Assembly: GCF_009914755.1 (NCBI RefSeq)
Contig: NC_060937.1
Reading direction: 5' to 3' (one strand)
Origin: the human T2T-CHM13v2.0 reference genome, Homo sapiens
Length of the DNA: 64,000 nucleotides
Shown here: positions 59,580-64,000 of the stretch, piece by piece
Layout: each line of letters opens with the position of its first letter
Numbering within the stretch: position 1 is the first letter of the stretch
The notes under the pieces: model-generated
Databases searched by the model: none
Told to the model about the DNA's origin: nothing
Seen by the model: only the letters and a program-made list of their open reading frames with translations
Made by a program: the position numbers and the translations under genes

Positions 59580-61129
59580 ATATGAGAAAGGTGGATGCAT
59601 CATCAAATATACACACAGAATATTTACTGTTCTTGCTAAATAGCCCGACTTTTGATCCAGTGCATGGAGTCCCGAAGAGATAGATCTGGTGGTTTTCACA
59701 GAGCACCTTGTAAGTTTGTCACCTCTGGGGTCTCATCTGGCTTTTGTATGAACAAGTGACAGGTGTACACACTACGCTTGGACTTGTTTTTCCTCTTTCT
59801 GTAAGATGAAAAAGAGTGCCACATGCCAGAGAGAGGGACGTTTTTTTCTCTACATTAGGCTAAAAATATTTATGTTTAATATTTCCATTTTTTCAGTGAT
59901 AAAAACTGAGTAAAAGCAAAAGTAGCTATCTTAATTAAGCTCTGAGGCAGGTGAACCAAAACGTATGTTGGTGGCACATTTCCATCCCTAGAGTATTTCC
60001 TGACAGATATCAACCTATAAAAGGACTGATTTGCAATGGAAACACCAACACAGCTTTCAGAATAGCAGTATGAATGACACCATAAAATTACAGCTACATG
60101 ACATGTTTTCTTCTCATAAGATTTAAAGGATTCAAATAAAAAACAACAACCCAATTTCGTTTCTTCACTTGGAGCACTGAAGAAATCCCCACCAGGGCTT
60201 GAAATTCAGAAACCAAATGAGCTGCCACTACCATAAGTGATTAAAGAACAACAACAATAACCAAATCACAGCCACAGGGATCTGCTTGCATAGCCAAAAG
60301 TGAGCAAAGCGAGAAATAACCTGGCTTAAGCCATTTGCCCAAGTCATCGTATCGCTTTTTTCCCAGTTGCCTGCCTTGCCGCTGTTCCCCTTTGTAGCCA
60401 TAGCTGTTCACTGCTTCATCACCCCCTACCCCAAATCTCCCTTCCAAAAATGCCCCAGTGCACTCCCAATTGTACAAGCCTTTGGCAAATTCATTTCCGA
60501 GGAAAAAAGTCTGCTCTCTCAATAAGGGCTTTGCAAATTGTGGAGAGACAAACAAATGTACGAGACACTAACTGATTTTACATCTTAAATCCCGAAAGCT
60601 CCTTTCTTATTCTACAGGCTGTCTCATCTATTGTTCATCACCAGTGCAGTCTTTACTGCATAGCCCAATACCTTGGTCCGTTGTGGGGACTCGGCTGCAC
60701 CAGGACGAACCTTCCCATTCTACAGAAGCTGCCAACCATGACCCCGGAGGGAATGGCACTTGGCCAGATGAAATCCACACATTACTGTTTGTTATCTTAG
60801 GATATTTTACATTCTTGTTAATATTTGGGTTTGGGTGAATGTTACATGGAACAGAAAAGTGAGAGAGAAGAAATAGGTTGTAAAATGTGAAAAGGGAGTA
60901 AAATAAAGAATGCTTTATTTCTAAAATGGAGAAGTTGAGAAACGGGTAAAATAATATGAGGAGGGCACTGAAGAATCATTTTTTATGGCTCTATTTTCTA
61001 TTAAATCTTTCTTTTGATGAAAAGAAATAAACATAAATTGTTCCTGCTTCCATGTCTGTTTGCTGCAACCCCTCCTCACGCCTACAGAGCCCATGCCTGG
61101 AAACAGGGAGGCCAGAGAATGGGCTGCTG

Positions 61130-61490
61130 TTGATACCCAGAGTAGAGAGGAGGTGGTGTGGCCCAAATTACACGGGGCAGTGAGGGCAGAGTGAAGAGAC
61201 AGACTTCATAGATATTTAGGAGGTACGATGCCAGGAATTTCTAATGCCATATGAGAGGGGACTTGAATCTGGAATAGAGTCAAAAGAGTCAAAGGTAATG
61301 TCTTAATTTGTGGCTTCAGCAGAGACTTGTTGGATTGGCAGGGCCATTCACTGCCATGCTGAGGGACAGGATTCAGAGGAAGGAGAAGGCTGACCCTGGA
61401 GGCAAACGAGACGACTGCAGTTTAGGAAATAATTCATTTGTGGAATGGAAGGACAAACTGATCAAGCTGTTAAATGTCAGTGCAAGATGA
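61130..61490 (-). mobile_element. L2 LINE fragment
   Basis: gggcagtgagggcagagtgaagagacagacttcatagatatttagg; gagtcaaaggtaatgtc; gccattcactg. Confidence 0.6.
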
Positions 61491-62339
61491 TCACATTTTC
61501 TTTAGCAAAGAGGAGAGAGGTGACTGCCTCATCCATGTTCTCTTCCTTAGGGTATCTCCTTCAAAACACTAAGGTCCCCATAAAACATCTGACCTTGGAT
61601 TTCACAAGGCAAGATCATAAGCCTTCCGCCCCTTGAGACTGTAAACACACACATCCATGATGAACTTAGAAGCCTCTCACGGGGTATACCTAGACAATCA
61701 CACACAACAGGTGTGTCTTCTTGTCTCTCATGGAGATAAGAGAATTGTAATTGTTCTATCTTCTACTTTTACAAATAAATTTGTGTGAAATTCTATACAG
61801 ACACTGTAGATACTTTCCTGCTACCTTTACATGCACATATGCCTGGGGTAATAGTTACTTGATCTTAAATTGTTCTCTCTCTCTTCTGTATTGGTACGGA
61901 GGGGTCTTCCATTGGCAAAATTGTTTTATTTCCTCAAGAGGTAGCTATGGAATATGTAAACAGAGATGTCCAGAAAACGTTTAATGTATGGACTTGATGT
62001 CATTGACTTGTAAAATGTCAGACACTATTCCTAGCGTGGAAAGAGAAGGAAAATGGGGTTAAATCCCTGAGGACAGAGACAGGCCACAATAAAGTGCCCA
62101 CAGAGGAGATAGAGAAGGGTCCATAGAGGAGGAGAAAGGAAGAAGGCCGGGTGCCTCTTGTTGATTTGATTGTGCCTCCCTGGGTCTAAACACACAACAG
62201 TGTTTGCTGAATGAATAAATGAAAACTTGCCATTATCTCCCAGTCTCCCAGGACCTGAAGGTGGGAGAACTCTGACCTGAAGGACAGGAACAGTTCCCCG
62301 AGGCTTGGCATGCCTGTTGCTTCATATCTCAAAGCTGTC

Positions 62340-64000
62340 TCTGCTCCCCATGAACACACACCTTCCTTCCCTGTGTTCTCCTTCAGTGGTATATGAGAGA
62401 TGTCACTGTTCCACATTCTTACCAATATATGGCTTTGTCAGACACTTACATCTTTGCCCATTTATTTATTATTTGGATTGAGTGATGATTTACACTTCCA
62501 GAGGATCAAAGGCTGTAAAGCAAAGATTCCCTCTCATCTTCAATTTTTCTCTCTAGAGACCAAGAGTGTTACCAATTTCTTTTTATCTTTTGATAGTCCA
62601 TGCATATCCAAGAAAATATGTACATGTGTATGTGCATGTATGAATGTATATGTACACACACCCACCTTATTTTATATAAATAGCAGCATGCCATTCTGCA
62701 CCTTGGTTATTCTATTCAATGATAAAGTTTGGAGATTGCTTGATATTAGTATATAATAAACTTTGTAAGTTTAAAAAAATCTGTCTTAAAATAAATTTAA
62801 ACTTAACAGAACTTTGCAAGAATGGTATGAAGAAATCCCTTGTAATCTCTAGCAAATTCACTAGTTTTTAACATTTTGTCCCATTTGCTTTAGCATTCTG
62901 TTTCTCAAATATTTTTATTATCATTTTTGGGCCACTCAAGAGTAGGTGGCATACATATGACTCTTTACCTTTTAATACTTCACTATGTGTTTCCTAAGAA
63001 CAAAGCTATTTGTTTGTATAACCAGTGTTCAGCTGTCAAATTCAGAAAATGTGATGTCGATACATTTTTATCTATTGTAGAGTCAATACTCCAATTTAGC
63101 AACTGTCTCCAAATGTACTTTATAACATATTTTTCTGTACAAGATTCTGTCTAAGATGCAAAATTGCATTTAGTTCGTGATGTATTTTTGTTCTCCTTTA
63201 TTCTGAAACAAAAATCTCAGCCTTTGTTTATTTTTAATGACATTGATGCTTCTGGAGAATATATGCCAGATGTTTTATAGAATGTCTCTCGATTTGGGTT
63301 TGTATGATAGTTCCTGTTTTTTGCTGTAATGTGACATAAGTGATATTGCACCCATCTTGGGATTCATGTCCAAGGACAGGATGTGTTTGCTCCTCACTGG
63401 TGATGTTAACTTTGATCACTTGATTAAGTTACTGTCCCATTGTTCCACTGTACAATTAGTAACTCTTCTTTTGTAATAAGTAATTCATGGGGAGATGCTT
63501 GAGATTGTGTTTTCCACCTAGATTTAGCATCCACTGATGATTCCTGTCTCAATCAGTTTTAACAATGGTATTTGCAAGATACTGAGGTTTCTACTTCAAT
63601 AACACCTTCAATATTTATGAGTCAAAATTATGCTACAAAAAAGAGCTTTTCCTTCTCTTTCTCTCATTCATTCATTATCAGTGTCATCTCATGGGCTCTT
63701 ATTTTATTCAACGAATTGCAATTTGCCACTATTGATATCTATTTTGTTCCTCAAATTTCTCCAGATTTGGCAAGCAGCAGCCCTTTCCATCTTTCCTCTA
63801 GGTCTCTTTCTGTAAAGGAGTTTTTTTTGTGTGTGTACAAGAAAAGTCTCCCATAAACAGGGTACCCACATCCTGAAATGTTTCTGTGTTCCTTGCAACG
63901 GATTCTTTTCCGAGATAACTGACCCCTGCTGACCTCTGATCCGTTTCTGTCACTCCAGTTTTGCCTTTTTCTAGAGTTTCATATAAGTGAAATTGTAGGA
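62340..64000 (-). mobile_element. ancient L1M 3' relics (L1ME- and L1MC4/5-like)
   Basis: tgttttatagaatgtctctcgatttgggttt; cactggtgatgttaactttgatcacttgattaag; tttagcatccactgatgattcctgtct; ttttgcctttttctagagtttcatataa. Confidence 0.75.

Overview
AT-rich, CpG-depleted primate (hominoid-like) genomic DNA that looks intergenic or deep-intronic. I recognise no host protein-coding gene, and no rRNA, tRNA or CRISPR feature. Much of the window is interspersed repeat. It holds one full-length but inactivated L1PA2/late-L1PA3-type LINE-1 (32152-38185, 10-bp TSD) lying among older L1M relics, and ten Alus. It also holds several MaLR/ERVL/ERV1 solo LTRs (some with readable TSDs), DNA-transposon relics (MER53, Tigger3, MER58A, MER102) and many L2/MIR fragments. 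Nearly all ORFs in the supplied track are repeat-derived or chance ORFs. I found no convincing new biological system. The best leads are a speculative LTR-driven spliced 88-aa transmembrane microprotein model (59664-60838), a candidate non-coding minus-strand exon (39687-39872), a palindrome cluster (40785-40870) and a MER53 hairpin resembling miR-1302. Subfamily names come from recalled consensus sequences and need RepeatMasker/Dfam confirmation.
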